Shown in pieces: positions 28,447 to 37,903 of a DNA stretch of 64,000 nt. The position numbers and the translations under genes are program-made. Numbering within the stretch: position 1 is the stretch's first letter; each line of letters opens with the position of its first letter. The notes below the pieces were generated by a model that was not told where the DNA came from, did no database searches, and was given only the letters and a program-made list of their open reading frames with translations. The DNA is from Arenicellales bacterium. GTDB lineage: Bacteria > Pseudomonadota > Gammaproteobacteria > Arenicellales > Poriferihabitantaceae. The stretch spans positions 16,834-80,833 of the forward strand of contig OZ220677.1 of NCBI GenBank assembly GCA_965116335.1. The letters run 5' to 3'.

Positions 28447-29361
28447 TTATTCGACAATTTCCTTTTCAATCATCGACTTGGCGGAGCGGTCGTGAGACTC
28501 TTCAGGGAGGGTCGCAGGTATACGGGCAGAGGCGCTTGCTTTTATCAGTTGCTCCACTCGCCCGATTGATTCCGGTTCGTCCTTGAGCAGGGGTTTCAAG
28601 CGGTTGAAGTATTGAATCGCTTCAGCGTGATTGCCGATGCTTTGGGCACCCAGCCCCGCCAGCCATAATGCAGTCGTGTGGAACGGGTCAATCGACAGGG
28701 CTTTTTCAATCTGTTCTCTGGCTTGGGTCGTATAACTTCCAGCATGCAGGATCGAGGCATCGGCCCAGGCGGTGAGCAAGTCCGGGTTGCCGACGACAAT
28801 CCGGTTGAGTTTCTGGTATGCCTTTTCAGCCTTTGCATAGTTGCCGATTCGCATGTAGGTTGTGGCGGCCAGTTCCCAGCCTTTCGGATTGTCCGGGTCT
28901 TGGGCAATTTTCTCTTCGAGTTGATCCAGCAGGGTCTGGATGTCCGGGATTGCAGTCGGGGCCGGGCTGTCCTTTATCATCCCGGTATCAGCGAATTGCG
29001 GGTTGCCGATCCAGCTGTAAATGATCAGGCTGGCAACCGGAATCATCAGCAGCAGCGCGATATTCCAGAAAGCCGGAACCGTCGTTGTTGTTTCCCCGGG
29101 ATTGCCCTGACTTTGTAAATCATCGAGCAGTGTGGCCTGCAACTCCTGTTCCGCTGCTACCCGGTCGTGGACGTTTTCGAGATGTTGCTGGACTTCATCC
29201 AGTCGACTCCGGGTGATCTCGATATTCATTTGATTGGCAAGTTCCTGATCGGTCTGCCCCACGTTGACAAGGTTGCGGGAATTCTTCCTGAGCAGGGAGG
29301 GCAAAACAATCACGACCGGCACGGCGGCAATGATCAGCAGGAATAGATAAAACAGAATCAC
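28447..29361 (-). CDS. ccmI: Cytochrome c biogenesis TPR protein CcmI/CycH
   Basis: N-terminal TM, second TM then TPR-like repeats (PDNPKGWELAA...AEKAY, ALWLAG); last gene of the ccm cluster. Confidence 0.85.
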   Translation of the reverse strand: MILFYLFLLIIAAVPVVIVLPSLLRKNSRNLVNVGQTDQELANQMNIEITRSRLDEVQQHLENVHDRVAAEQELQATLLDDLQSQGNPGETTTTVPAFWNIALLLMIPVASLIIYSWIGNPQFADTGMIKDSPAPTAIPDIQTLLDQLEEKIAQDPDNPKGWELAATTYMRIGNYAKAEKAYQKLNRIVVGNPDLLTAWADASILHAGSYTTQAREQIEKALSIDPFHTTALWLAGLGAQSIGNHAEAIQYFNRLKPLLKDEPESIGRVEQLIKASASARIPATLPEESHDRSAKSMIEKEIVE

Positions 29362-29827
29362 CTGGCGGTCCGGTTCAATAATGATTTTGCCTGTTGTATC
29401 TGTTCTTCAGAGAGAGTGTGCGGGGCAGGTCTCGCGCCGGGCCGGACTCGAAACCAGGCGATGAGAACGATCATGATCAGTAACACGAACGGGGATAACC
29501 ACAAAGCAACAGTAGTATTTTTGAATGGTGGCCGGTACAGGACGAAATCGCCGTATCGCTTGACCATGTATTCAACCACTTCTTCCCGGCTGTTTCCGGC
29601 ACGTACCATTTGTTCGGTTTTGGTACGCAGATCCCGGCAAGGTCGGCGTTTGAGTCGGCCAGATTCTGGTTCTGACATACCAGACAGCGCAATTCGGCTA
29701 ACAGATCCTGGTAAAGTTCTCTTTGTTCGGGTTGGTCGAACGGGGCCAGTTCAGCCTGGGCATAAACCGGGGTATTGAGCAGGAGTAGCAGAGCCACAGG
29801 CCAGAACAGTCGCTGAATCGCTTTCAT
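29358..29827 (-). pseudogene. ccmH: CcmH/CycL with a 1-bp frameshift (real or assembly error)
   Basis: The 5' frame gives LRCLVCQNQNLADSNADLA; the 3' frame resumes RDLR...VEYMVKRYGDFVLYRPP. One added base at ~29633-29637 restores LARDLR. Confidence 0.88.
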
Positions 29828-30492
29828 GTTCCTGCTTGCTGTAGCATCATGGATTCCCGCGTTCGCGGGAATGACGAGTGGTGTGGGATGGCGGTTGTGT
29901 TCCCCTGTAGCGTCGTGGATTCCCGCGTTCGCGGGAATGACGAAGTCTTTGGGGTGCTTCCATATTCCTGCTGCAAGCGGTCGATCAGCGGTTTGATTGT
30001 CCCGCTCAACTCGGTTTCGCTGAGCGGCCCGATATGCTTGTAACGAATCACGCCTTCCCGGTCGATGACGAAGGTTTCCGGAACGCCGTATACGCCATAG
30101 TCGATAGCGATATCTCCTTCTGGATCGATGGCAATTACATGGTACGGGTCGCCGAATCTGGACAGCCAGTTTTTGGCGTCGGCTGGATCGTCCTTGTAGT
30201 TCAGTCCGACGATATGCACCACCTGATCGCGTTGCAGTTCAATCAGCAACGGGTGCTCATCCCGGCAGGCGGCGCACCATGATGCCCAGACATTAAACAG
30301 CCATACGTTACCTTTCAGCTCTTCACTGGTCAGTTGGGCGTGCGGCGTCAAAAGTGTCGGTGTGCTGAATACGGGGGCGGGCTTTCCAATAAGGGGAGAA
30401 GGCACGAGAGCAGGGTCTCGCTTCAACCCGACTGCCAGAAAGCCGGTGATCAGAATAAAAACGATAAACGGGAAAAATGCCAGCCGAAGCAA
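29824..30492 (-). CDS. ccmG: Thiol:disulfide oxidoreductase CcmG/DsbE
   Basis: PSPLIGKPAP, NVWASWCAACRDEHP, YGVYGVPETFVID; C-terminal tail is repeat-derived. Confidence 0.95.
   Translation of the reverse strand: MLRLAFFPFIVFILITGFLAVGLKRDPALVPSPLIGKPAPVFSTPTLLTPHAQLTSEELKGNVWLFNVWASWCAACRDEHPLLIELQRDQVVHIVGLNYKDDPADAKNWLSRFGDPYHVIAIDPEGDIAIDYGVYGVPETFVIDREGVIRYKHIGPLSETELSGTIKPLIDRLQQEYGSTPKTSSFPRTRESTTLQGNTTAIPHHSSFPRTRESMMLQQAGT
29850..29943. repeat. Two identical 28-bp palindromic repeats inside the ccmG 3' end
   Basis: tggattcccgcgttcgcgggaatgacga at 29850-29877 and 29916-29943 (66 bp apart, same frame, each encoding SSFPRTRES). Confidence 0.9.
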
Positions 30493-30495
30493 CGG

Positions 30496-32481
30496 TCAAC
30501 CCCCTCCCGGTTCAGGTTGTTGCCCTGCGGCCAGGGTTGTTGTGCGTGTTCGTCTGTACCGTTTGTCGGCGGCGCCAAGCAATCCGCCAAGCGCCATGAT
30601 CAGGGCACCCAGCCAAATCCACCGGACATAAGGCTTGTAATATATTCGGACAGCCCAGGGTTGATTGTCTTTTGCAGTTGCCGACAGCGGTTCCCCCAGG
30701 GCAATATACAAGTCCCGAGTGAGACCGGAGTCAATCGCCGCTTCTGTCATCGGGTTTTTCTGAACCAGATAGGTTCGTTTCTCCGGGAAAAGCCGGGCAA
30801 TCATTTCATCATTCTTGAAGATTTTGAAGTTGCCCTGCACGGACTGATAATTTGGCCCGGAAATTTGTTGCGTCCCATCGAAAACGAATTGGTACTCACC
30901 GATTGAGTATTGTTCGCCGGGGGCGAGACGGACATCCCGTTCGATGCTGTAGACATTGGTCATGGTCACCCCGATCACGAATATCCCCATGCCGAGATGT
31001 GCGGTCACCATGCCGAGCACTCCTTTTGGCGTGTTGATGATGGAGCGGATGCGATTGCCTGATCGGGTTCGGTCAATCAAGCCCTTCAGGCTGAGGAGAA
31101 TAATCATGCTGCCAGCAAATAAACCGGCGGATGCGCCCAGAGAAGGATGGAACAGCAGATACGGTGCGCTGATTGAGACCATCAGGCTTAAGGACAGGCA
31201 GACCAGAATGCCCGGACTGATGCGCCTGAACCGATCCATCTTCCAATGCAGCAGTGCCCCGATACCGATCAGCAGGGCCAGAGGAAACCCGATTATGGCA
31301 AATACGAAATTGAAATACGGCGGTCCCACCGAAATCTTCCCAAGATTGAGTGCATCCATGATCAGGGGGTAGAGTGTGCCCAGCAATACGGCAAAACACA
31401 GAATGCCGAATATGATGTTATTCAACAGGATAGCCATTTCTCTGGAGACGGTGGCGAAGCGGACACTGGATACGATTCCAGGTGCCCGCCAGGCATACAG
31501 TAGCAGTGACCCGCCGATCACGACGCCGAGGAACATCAGTATGAATAATCCACGAGTGGGATCTGAGGCGAATGAATGTACCGAAATCAGTACGCCAGAG
31601 CGGACCAGGAAAGTGCCCAGCAGTGACAGTGAAAAGGCGATCACCGCCAGCAGTACAGTCCAGGCTTTGAATACGCCTCTTTTTTCTGTCGCAGCCAGAG
31701 AGTGGATCAAGGCTGTGCCGATCAACCAGGGCATGAAGGATGCGTTTTCCACCGGGTCCCAGAACCACCAGCCGCCCCATCCGAGCTCATAATAGGCCCA
31801 CCATGAGCCCAGTGCGATACCAATGGTCAGGAACATCCAGGCGATATTGGTCCAGGGACGTGTCCAGCGTGCCCAGGCCGCGTCAAATTTTCCGGTTACC
31901 AGGGCGGCAATCGCAAAAGCGAAAGCAATTGAAAACCCGACATATCCCATATACAATATCGGCGGGTGCATAGCCATGCCGATGTCCTGGAGCAGGGGGT
32001 TTAAGTCTATACCGTCGGCTGGTGTGGGAAACAGCCGTTCGAACGGATTGGAAGTGAACAGGGTAAAGCTGGAAAACCCGGCAGTGACCATGCCGAGTAC
32101 CGAGAGCACGATGGCGATGAGTCCCGCCGGGATGCCGCGCGAAAACAGGCTCACCGCTCCGGTCCACAGGCTCAATATGAAAACCCATAGTAACAGCGAG
32201 CCTTCATGCCCGCCCCATACTCCGGATATCTTGTAAATCAGGGGTAGCTGCGTATTGGAGTGATTGGCCACGTAAGCGACCGAAAAGTCATTCTGTAAAA
32301 ACGCAACGGTCAGGCAGATATAGGAGAATCCGACCAGAGGAACCAGAGCCAATGCAGCCGGGCGAGCAAAACCGACCCACGCATGAACTCCCAGGTATCT
32401 GCCGATGATCGGCAGGGCACCCAGCATAACGCTGAGCGCCAGCGCCAGGGTCAACGAGAAATTTCCAAGTTCCGGGATCAA
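30496..32481 (-). CDS. ccmF: Heme lyase CcmF
   Basis: WGGHEGSLLLW, LNPLLQD, HPPILYMGYVG, WAYYELGWGGWWFWDPVENASFMPWL, SVHSFA. Confidence 0.97.
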   Translation of the reverse strand: MIPELGNFSLTLALALSVMLGALPIIGRYLGVHAWVGFARPAALALVPLVGFSYICLTVAFLQNDFSVAYVANHSNTQLPLIYKISGVWGGHEGSLLLWVFILSLWTGAVSLFSRGIPAGLIAIVLSVLGMVTAGFSSFTLFTSNPFERLFPTPADGIDLNPLLQDIGMAMHPPILYMGYVGFSIAFAFAIAALVTGKFDAAWARWTRPWTNIAWMFLTIGIALGSWWAYYELGWGGWWFWDPVENASFMPWLIGTALIHSLAATEKRGVFKAWTVLLAVIAFSLSLLGTFLVRSGVLISVHSFASDPTRGLFILMFLGVVIGGSLLLYAWRAPGIVSSVRFATVSREMAILLNNIIFGILCFAVLLGTLYPLIMDALNLGKISVGPPYFNFVFAIIGFPLALLIGIGALLHWKMDRFRRISPGILVCLSLSLMVSISAPYLLFHPSLGASAGLFAGSMIILLSLKGLIDRTRSGNRIRSIINTPKGVLGMVTAHLGMGIFVIGVTMTNVYSIERDVRLAPGEQYSIGEYQFVFDGTQQISGPNYQSVQGNFKIFKNDEMIARLFPEKRTYLVQKNPMTEAAIDSGLTRDLYIALGEPLSATAKDNQPWAVRIYYKPYVRWIWLGALIMALGGLLGAADKRYRRTRTTTLAAGQQPEPGGG

Positions 32482-32963
32482 TTCACCGGCTCTTGGGTCA
32501 GGTTATAGTCGCTTGTCGGATCAGGAGCCGAAAAGTTATTCTTGTTTGCTGCTTTAAGGGCCTCGCTCACTTCAGGCGACATGTAATTCTCATCATGTTT
32601 CGCCAATACCTGGTCTGCGACAAACCGGCCACCCTGCATACTGCCGAGGGCAACGATACCTTGCCCTTCCCGGAACAGGTCGGGCAGTATCCCGCTGTAA
32701 GTGACCGTGACTGCTTGCGCCGTGTCGGTCAGGTCGAAGGTGACCTCCAGATTGTCCGGGTTCCGTTCAACACTGCCGACGACCACCATGCCGCCAACCC
32801 GGAAGTTAATATTGTCGGGCGCCTCTCCAGCCGCGACTTGACTGGGCGTAAAAAACAGGTTGATGTTCTTCTCCAGGGCTTTCAGGGTCAAACCAACGGA
32901 CACGCCGACTCCGGCCAGTATCAGAGCGACCATGATAAACCTTTGTTTTTTTTTGGGTTTCAT
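32478..32963 (-). CDS. ccmE: Heme chaperone CcmE
   Basis: NLFFTPSQ, RVGGMV, GILPDLFREGQG, VLAKHDENYMSPE. Confidence 0.96.
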   Translation of the reverse strand: MKPKKKQRFIMVALILAGVGVSVGLTLKALEKNINLFFTPSQVAAGEAPDNINFRVGGMVVVGSVERNPDNLEVTFDLTDTAQAVTVTYSGILPDLFREGQGIVALGSMQGGRFVADQVLAKHDENYMSPEVSEALKAANKNNFSAPDPTSDYNLTQEPVN

Positions 32964-32964
32964 G

Positions 32965-33123
32965 TCAGGGTTGTTTGTGCTTGTAGCGATGGGACAACTG
33001 CTGAATCAGTTTTCTCCGTTTCAGTACCGGCGACAGGAAATGGTAACCGAGCAGAGCCAAAGTAACAGCATAGCTCGTCCAGACGAAGAAGCCGTATCCC
33101 CCCATGTGGAAAAAATCAGCCAC
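32965..33123 (-). CDS. ccmD: Heme exporter protein CcmD (52 aa; absent from the ORF track)
   Basis: Hand translation from GTG: ADFFHMGGYGFFVWTSYAVTLALL...KRRKLIQQL, between ccmC and ccmE. Confidence 0.9.
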   Translation of the reverse strand: MADFFHMGGYGFFVWTSYAVTLALLGYHFLSPVLKRRKLIQQLSHRYKHKQP

Positions 33124-33889
33124 TGACCAATTCCCTGACCCATCGGGTTTGCCGCTCCGAAGCCAGCAACTCGCAGCGAATCCGGTTCAACAGGCAGGCG
33201 GCGAAATAAAAGTTGATGGCTGCGAACATGATCAGCAACGGAACCAGCATGTCCATATCCATGCTTGGCCGTCCCAGCCTGGTTATCGTGGAGCCCTGAT
33301 GCAGGGTGTTCCACCATTCAACGGAAAAGTGAATGATCGGGATATTGACCACACCCACCAGAGCGACCAGCGCCGCCGCCCGCGAGCCTTTGGTTCTATC
33401 GTCAAATGCGTCCGCCAGTGCCATATAGCCGAAATAAAGGAACAGCAGTATCAACTCGGAAGTCAGCCGCGCGTCCCAGACCCAGTAGGTGCCCCAGGTC
33501 GGTTTCCCCCATAAGGAGCCGGTAACCAGAGCGCAAACGGTAAATGTCGCACCCAATGGCGCACAGGAACGGGCGACGACATGCCCCATCTTGATCCGCC
33601 AGATCAATCCAACCCCGGCGGAAACCGCCATCAACACATAGGTGGACATCGACATCCAGGCGCTCGGCACGTGAACGAACAGGATACGGTAACTGTCTCC
33701 CATCTGATAGTCGGGCGGAGCCACAACCAGACCATAGTACAGACCCGCAACCAGAAAAATCAGGGCAAGGACGGCAAAAACAGGCGCCCACCTCGACGCG
33801 AAATGGTAAAACCAGGCAGGGGATCCCATCCGATGGAACCACAACCACGATGCCTTCCCGGCTCTCAATCGAGTTTCAGGCGATTTCAT
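33116..33889 (-). CDS. ccmC: Heme exporter CcmC
   Basis: RILFVHVPSAW, LVTGSLWGKPTWGTYWVWDARLTSEL, SVEWWNTLHQ. Confidence 0.96.
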   Translation of the reverse strand: MKSPETRLRAGKASWLWFHRMGSPAWFYHFASRWAPVFAVLALIFLVAGLYYGLVVAPPDYQMGDSYRILFVHVPSAWMSMSTYVLMAVSAGVGLIWRIKMGHVVARSCAPLGATFTVCALVTGSLWGKPTWGTYWVWDARLTSELILLFLYFGYMALADAFDDRTKGSRAAALVALVGVVNIPIIHFSVEWWNTLHQGSTITRLGRPSMDMDMLVPLLIMFAAINFYFAACLLNRIRCELLASERQTRWVRELVSG

Positions 33890-33901
33890 TGTGGTCGGCT
33901 A

Positions 33902-34195
33902 CTATGCTGGCACAAATTTCTTCACCTGAACATCTTTCGCGCGTTGGCGCATGTGACAAGCGTCATATCGCGCTTGCATACGTAAGAGTGTATCCATCTT
34001 TACGCCAAATGCCTTTTCGACTCGCAGCGCCATTTCAGGCGATAGAGAGGCTTTTTCATTCAGCAGTCTGGAAAGCGCTGGCCGTCCGACATTCAGAGTT
34101 TGGGCAGCGGCGGTAACGGATAAATCATCCGGCAAAATCGAGCGTCTGATAAACCCGCCCGGGTGTGGTGGTTTCATACCTGTTTTAATCGCCAT
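33902..34195 (-). CDS. higA: HigA antitoxin
   Basis: PPHPGGFIR...LSVTAAAQTLNVGRPALSRLLNEKASLSPEMALRVEKAFG...LLRMQARYD. Confidence 0.92.
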   Translation of the reverse strand: MAIKTGMKPPHPGGFIRRSILPDDLSVTAAAQTLNVGRPALSRLLNEKASLSPEMALRVEKAFGVKMDTLLRMQARYDACHMRQRAKDVQVKKFVPA

Positions 34196-34214
34196 CGTTC
34201 ATATTCCTCACTGG

Positions 34215-34505
34215 TTAGTGATAATCCTCGTAATCCATATCATACAGTTGGTGTTCCACCGCATCATATCTGAAGGTGATTCGCCAGTTCGCCGTAACAT
34301 GAAAACTGTATGTCCCGGCACGGTCACCGCCCATATAGTGCGGCTTGTATTTCCGAAGATGCATAACTTCATCAATATCTTCGATCTCGATAAGATACGC
34401 CATAATATCTGTGATCTTGCCAATATACTTTTGGGGCAATCCCTGTGCCTGGTTTTTCTCGATAAAGTTGCGGAGCCCCTTATGGCGTATGTTTCGAATC
34501 TCCAT
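34215..34505 (-). CDS. higB: HigB toxin
   Basis: MEIRNIRHKGLRNF...HYMGGDRAGTYSFHVTANWRITFRY...MDYEDYH. Confidence 0.92.
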   Translation of the reverse strand: MEIRNIRHKGLRNFIEKNQAQGLPQKYIGKITDIMAYLIEIEDIDEVMHLRKYKPHYMGGDRAGTYSFHVTANWRITFRYDAVEHQLYDMDYEDYH

Positions 34506-34510
34506 GAGTC

Positions 34511-34540
34511 ACTATATCATTTTTGTACTATGTAGCGCAA
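34511..34540 (-). promoter_or_regulatory. Putative higBA promoter, leaderless arrangement
   Basis: Minus strand: TTGCGC, 18 bp, TATAGT, 5 nt, ATG (34505). Confidence 0.55.
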
Positions 34541-34545
34541 CAGGA

Positions 34546-35968
34546 AGAGTTGTCCAATGGAAGATGAGCCTGAAGGATGATCTGTATTTCCATCGGGAGA
34601 TGAGCCTTTCGGCGTTGATTTTGGGATCATCGGAGGATGATCGTGAAATTACACAGCCAGCGTTTACAGACGGTGGAGGAGATTCGTTCCTTTCTGGACG
34701 GAGCCACCACTTTTGATTTTGAACCCCAATCCCGCAAACAAACCTACCGATGGCTCTGTGACAGCTTGCGGCAGGTACGGTATTCCTTGCTCAACAAGAC
34801 CGACCGGGGGATCGTCAAGACCTATCTGGAAAAGGTCAGTGGCTTGTCCCGCGCACAGGTCACCCGGTTGATCCGACAGTATCGCGACAGTGGATGTATC
34901 CAGGATCGTCGGGGAAGACCCGCTAACGCTTTCTCCCAGCGCTATACGTCAGCAGATGTCGCTTTGTTGGTTCAAACCGATACCCTGCACGGCAACCTGT
35001 CCGGACCCGCTACCCGAAAACTGTGCGAACGCGCCTTTCTGGTATTCGGCGATACCCGATACGCGCGACTGGCTACAATCTCCAACGGCCACCTCTATAA
35101 CCTGCGACACTCGGATGCCTACCAGCGCAAACGACGACACTTCCAGAAAACCCGACCTACTCCAGCAAAAATCGGAGTCAGACGAATACCCAGACCCAAT
35201 GGCCGACCCGGCTTCTTGCGCGTCGATACCGTACATCAGGGCGACCAGGACGGCATCAAGGGGTTGTATCACATCAATGCCGTCGATGAAGTCACCCAGA
35301 TGCAGGCCATAGTCAGTGTGCAGAGAATCTCTGAAAGCTATCTCATCCCGGCCCTGCATGAATTACTCCAAGCCTTCCCCTTCACTCTCCTGGGATTCCA
35401 TTCCGATAACGGTTCAGAGTATATCAATCACACAGTCGCCAAACTATTGCAAAAACTCCATATCGAACAAACCAAATCACGACCCAGACAGAGTAATGAC
35501 AATGCCCTGGTCGAAGGCAAAAATGGTTCCGTCATCCGTAAGCATCTGGGATACGAACACATCTCACAGCACTTCGCTCAACCCGTCAATGACTTCCTGG
35601 TTCATGTACTCACTCCCTACCTCAACTACCACAGACCCTGCCTGTTCGCAAAGGAAGAAATCAACCAAAAAGGAAAACGAATCCGTAAATACCCGCACTC
35701 ACTCATTCAGACTCCTTACGAAAAACTCCGCTCCTTACCCAATGCACAACAATATCTCAAACCGGGAGTAACCTTCAAAAAACTGGATGACTTCGCTCAC
35801 CAATACAGCGATAATGAAGCCGCAAAAAGACTCAACGAAGCACGCAATACACTATTCCAATCTTTTAACAATTCCCAAAATTACGCCGCCTGAAAAACTC
35901 TCTCAATGTCTAGCAATGTAATCACAATAGACAACACGCTCAGGCTCATCTCTGGATTGGAAAACGCT
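34546..35968 (+). mobile_element. IS with rve-type DDE transposase (family uncertain; IS481/ISNCY-like), 1423 bp
   Basis: Imperfect IRs AGAGTTGTCCAATGGAAGATGAGCCTGA / AGCGTTTTCCAATCCAGAGATGAGCCTGA; 5-bp direct repeat CAGGA at 34541-34545 and 35969-35973. Confidence 0.85.
34637..35893 (+). CDS. DDE transposase/integrase
   Basis: HTH-like SGLSRAQVTRLIRQY; FLRVDTVH, FHSDNGSEYIN, NDNALVEGKNG. Confidence 0.9.
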   Translation: MIVKLHSQRLQTVEEIRSFLDGATTFDFEPQSRKQTYRWLCDSLRQVRYSLLNKTDRGIVKTYLEKVSGLSRAQVTRLIRQYRDSGCIQDRRGRPANAFSQRYTSADVALLVQTDTLHGNLSGPATRKLCERAFLVFGDTRYARLATISNGHLYNLRHSDAYQRKRRHFQKTRPTPAKIGVRRIPRPNGRPGFLRVDTVHQGDQDGIKGLYHINAVDEVTQMQAIVSVQRISESYLIPALHELLQAFPFTLLGFHSDNGSEYINHTVAKLLQKLHIEQTKSRPRQSNDNALVEGKNGSVIRKHLGYEHISQHFAQPVNDFLVHVLTPYLNYHRPCLFAKEEINQKGKRIRKYPHSLIQTPYEKLRSLPNAQQYLKPGVTFKKLDDFAHQYSDNEAAKRLNEARNTLFQSFNNSQNYAA

Positions 35969-36227
35969 CAGGACACAGAACACAGCACTTCCGAACATAA
36001 TACCTGTTCTCTATCGCTGGATTTGGGCTACACTCTTTCATTGAAACCAGGAGCAGCATCTGCGTCGAATATCTGATCAAGCTGGTTGTTTGTGGTCACA
36101 GTCAATACCTTCTTTCGAATTGCACTGTTCCCGACATCCAGACGAAATATCGCTCCACTCCATCAGTTCCTTTCTTCTTGCGAATCATTTGAATACGTGC
36201 AAACAAGTTCCAATCGGGATGGTGGTT

Positions 36228-36446
36228 ATGTCCCCCCATCCAATCCGCGAGCGGATTGGATTCCCCCTCAAGGGGGGAATGATGTGATGGATGCCAACCC
36301 GTTATCGTAGGGGAGGGTCTCCGTGCCCTCCCGCAACCGCCGGAACAGGTATCAACGATAGCGGGCACCCACAGAGGGGCGCCCCTACGATGACAGTAAG
36401 CGCAGTATCTGAATGGTTGTGGATTCCCCGGTCTGCGGGGGGAATG
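36228..36446. repeat. REP-like mosaic
   Basis: ccatccaatccgcgagcggattggattccccctcaagggggg, cgtaggggagggtctccgtgccctcccgc, gcgggcacccacagaggggcgcccctacg; near-identical to 22330-22485. Confidence 0.88.
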
Positions 36447-36500
36447 ATTGGATGACGGGCAGGCTCTGCGATGTCGTGTAGTTCGTTCAGGTCCGGTGGG

Positions 36501-37184
36501 TCATTCCAGGCTGATTTTCAGGGCACTGGCTATGGTGATCGGGGCCAGGGTGATGAAGAAGACTACGATGGCGGACAGGAACCAGATTTGTCCGGACCAG
36601 TCGAGTTGCAGCAGGCCGGACTGGATGGCACTTACGCCGAATATCAGTATCGGGACGTATATCGGCATCACGATCAGGGTGAGCAGCAGTCCGCTTCTCT
36701 TCAACCCTACGGTGAGGGCCGCGCCGATGGCGCCGGCTATGCTTAGTCCCGGAGTCCCGATCAACAGGCTTAAAAAAAGCGCCTGCAACGCGGAATCGGG
36801 CAGTTTCATCAACCATCCCATTAGCAGGGCGGTCAGAATGAGCGGGAATCCGGTCATCACCCAGTGCGCGAGAACCTTGGCACAGACCAGCAGGGGCAGG
36901 GGATATGGGCTTAAAATGAGTTGTTCCAGGCTGCCGTCGTCATAGTCGGATTTGAACATCCCATCCAGTGCGAACAGGGTCGCCAGCAAGGCTGATACCC
37001 AGATGATACCCGGCGAAACCTTTGTCAGCAGCTCAGAATCCGGGCCGAGCGCGAACGGATATAAACACACGGTAATCACAAAAAACAGGATCGGCCAGGC
37101 GAATTCACCGATATTCCGCAATGCCAGGAATGTATCCCGCCTGATTACGCTGATGAATACACGGACAAGGGAGGGGGAGTTCAA
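36501..37184 (-). CDS. ccmB: Heme exporter CcmB (probable TTG start near 37184-37190)
   Basis: IRRDTFLALR, PGIIWVSALLA, DYDDGSLEQL, KVLAHW, LLTLIVMPIYVPILIFG. Confidence 0.93.
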   Translation of the reverse strand: MNSPSLVRVFISVIRRDTFLALRNIGEFAWPILFFVITVCLYPFALGPDSELLTKVSPGIIWVSALLATLFALDGMFKSDYDDGSLEQLILSPYPLPLLVCAKVLAHWVMTGFPLILTALLMGWLMKLPDSALQALFLSLLIGTPGLSIAGAIGAALTVGLKRSGLLLTLIVMPIYVPILIFGVSAIQSGLLQLDWSGQIWFLSAIVVFFITLAPITIASALKISLE

Positions 37185-37210
37185 TTTCAAGGCGGCCTGG
37201 TTGCCGGATT

Positions 37211-37825
37211 TCAGATATGGATGGTTGTAAGGCAACTGGCGGACAAGTGCAATGGTTGGTGCCCGGTATACAGGACCATGCCGTTCTTTTGCGCGTGTTG
37301 TTCGATCAGTCGCTGGAGTATCCGGATTCCATCGCTGTCCAGCGCGGTGGCGGGTTCGTCCAGAAGCCATAGTTGGGCATCCGTCCTGATTATCCTGGCC
37401 AGTGCAATGCGTTGTTTTTGACCGGCGGACAATCGCGCAATAGGTGTATCACAGTAATCTTTCATATTCAGTAAGTTAATACAGTAATCTACAGTACTGC
37501 ATGAGGTTGTGCCCTGGATTGCTTCAGCGAATTCGAGGTTTTCTCTGGCCGTGAGGTTGCCCTTTAACGCGATTTTATGCCCCAGATGAGCAATTCTGGC
37601 CTGTTGTTCGGGGACGGGTTCTCCATTCAGCGTAATTTCACCGGATTCAGGTTGGAATAATCCTGCGATCGCGCGTAGTAGAGTGGTCTTGCCGGCTCCA
37701 TTGAGTCCGGCGACATGGGCCATCTCCCCGGCTTCGAGCCTGAAGCAGAGCTTGTCAAACAAGGGCCTGAGCCCCCTTTCGCAGGATAAATTGGAAACTT
37801 CCAGGCTGGATTCAGAAGGATACAT
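37211..37825 (-). CDS. ccmA: Heme exporter ATP-binding protein CcmA
   Basis: GLNGAGKTTLLR, LTARENL, LSAGQKQRIALAR, WLLDEP. Confidence 0.95.
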   Translation of the reverse strand: MYPSESSLEVSNLSCERGLRPLFDKLCFRLEAGEMAHVAGLNGAGKTTLLRAIAGLFQPESGEITLNGEPVPEQQARIAHLGHKIALKGNLTARENLEFAEAIQGTTSCSTVDYCINLLNMKDYCDTPIARLSAGQKQRIALARIIRTDAQLWLLDEPATALDSDGIRILQRLIEQHAQKNGMVLYTGHQPLHLSASCLTTIHI

Positions 37826-37903
37826 GACGTTACAGGCGTTATTGCGCTAGAATAGTTGCAAGTGTACCCCAGTCGATGATACCAGACAGCCATAAATAAT
37901 CTT

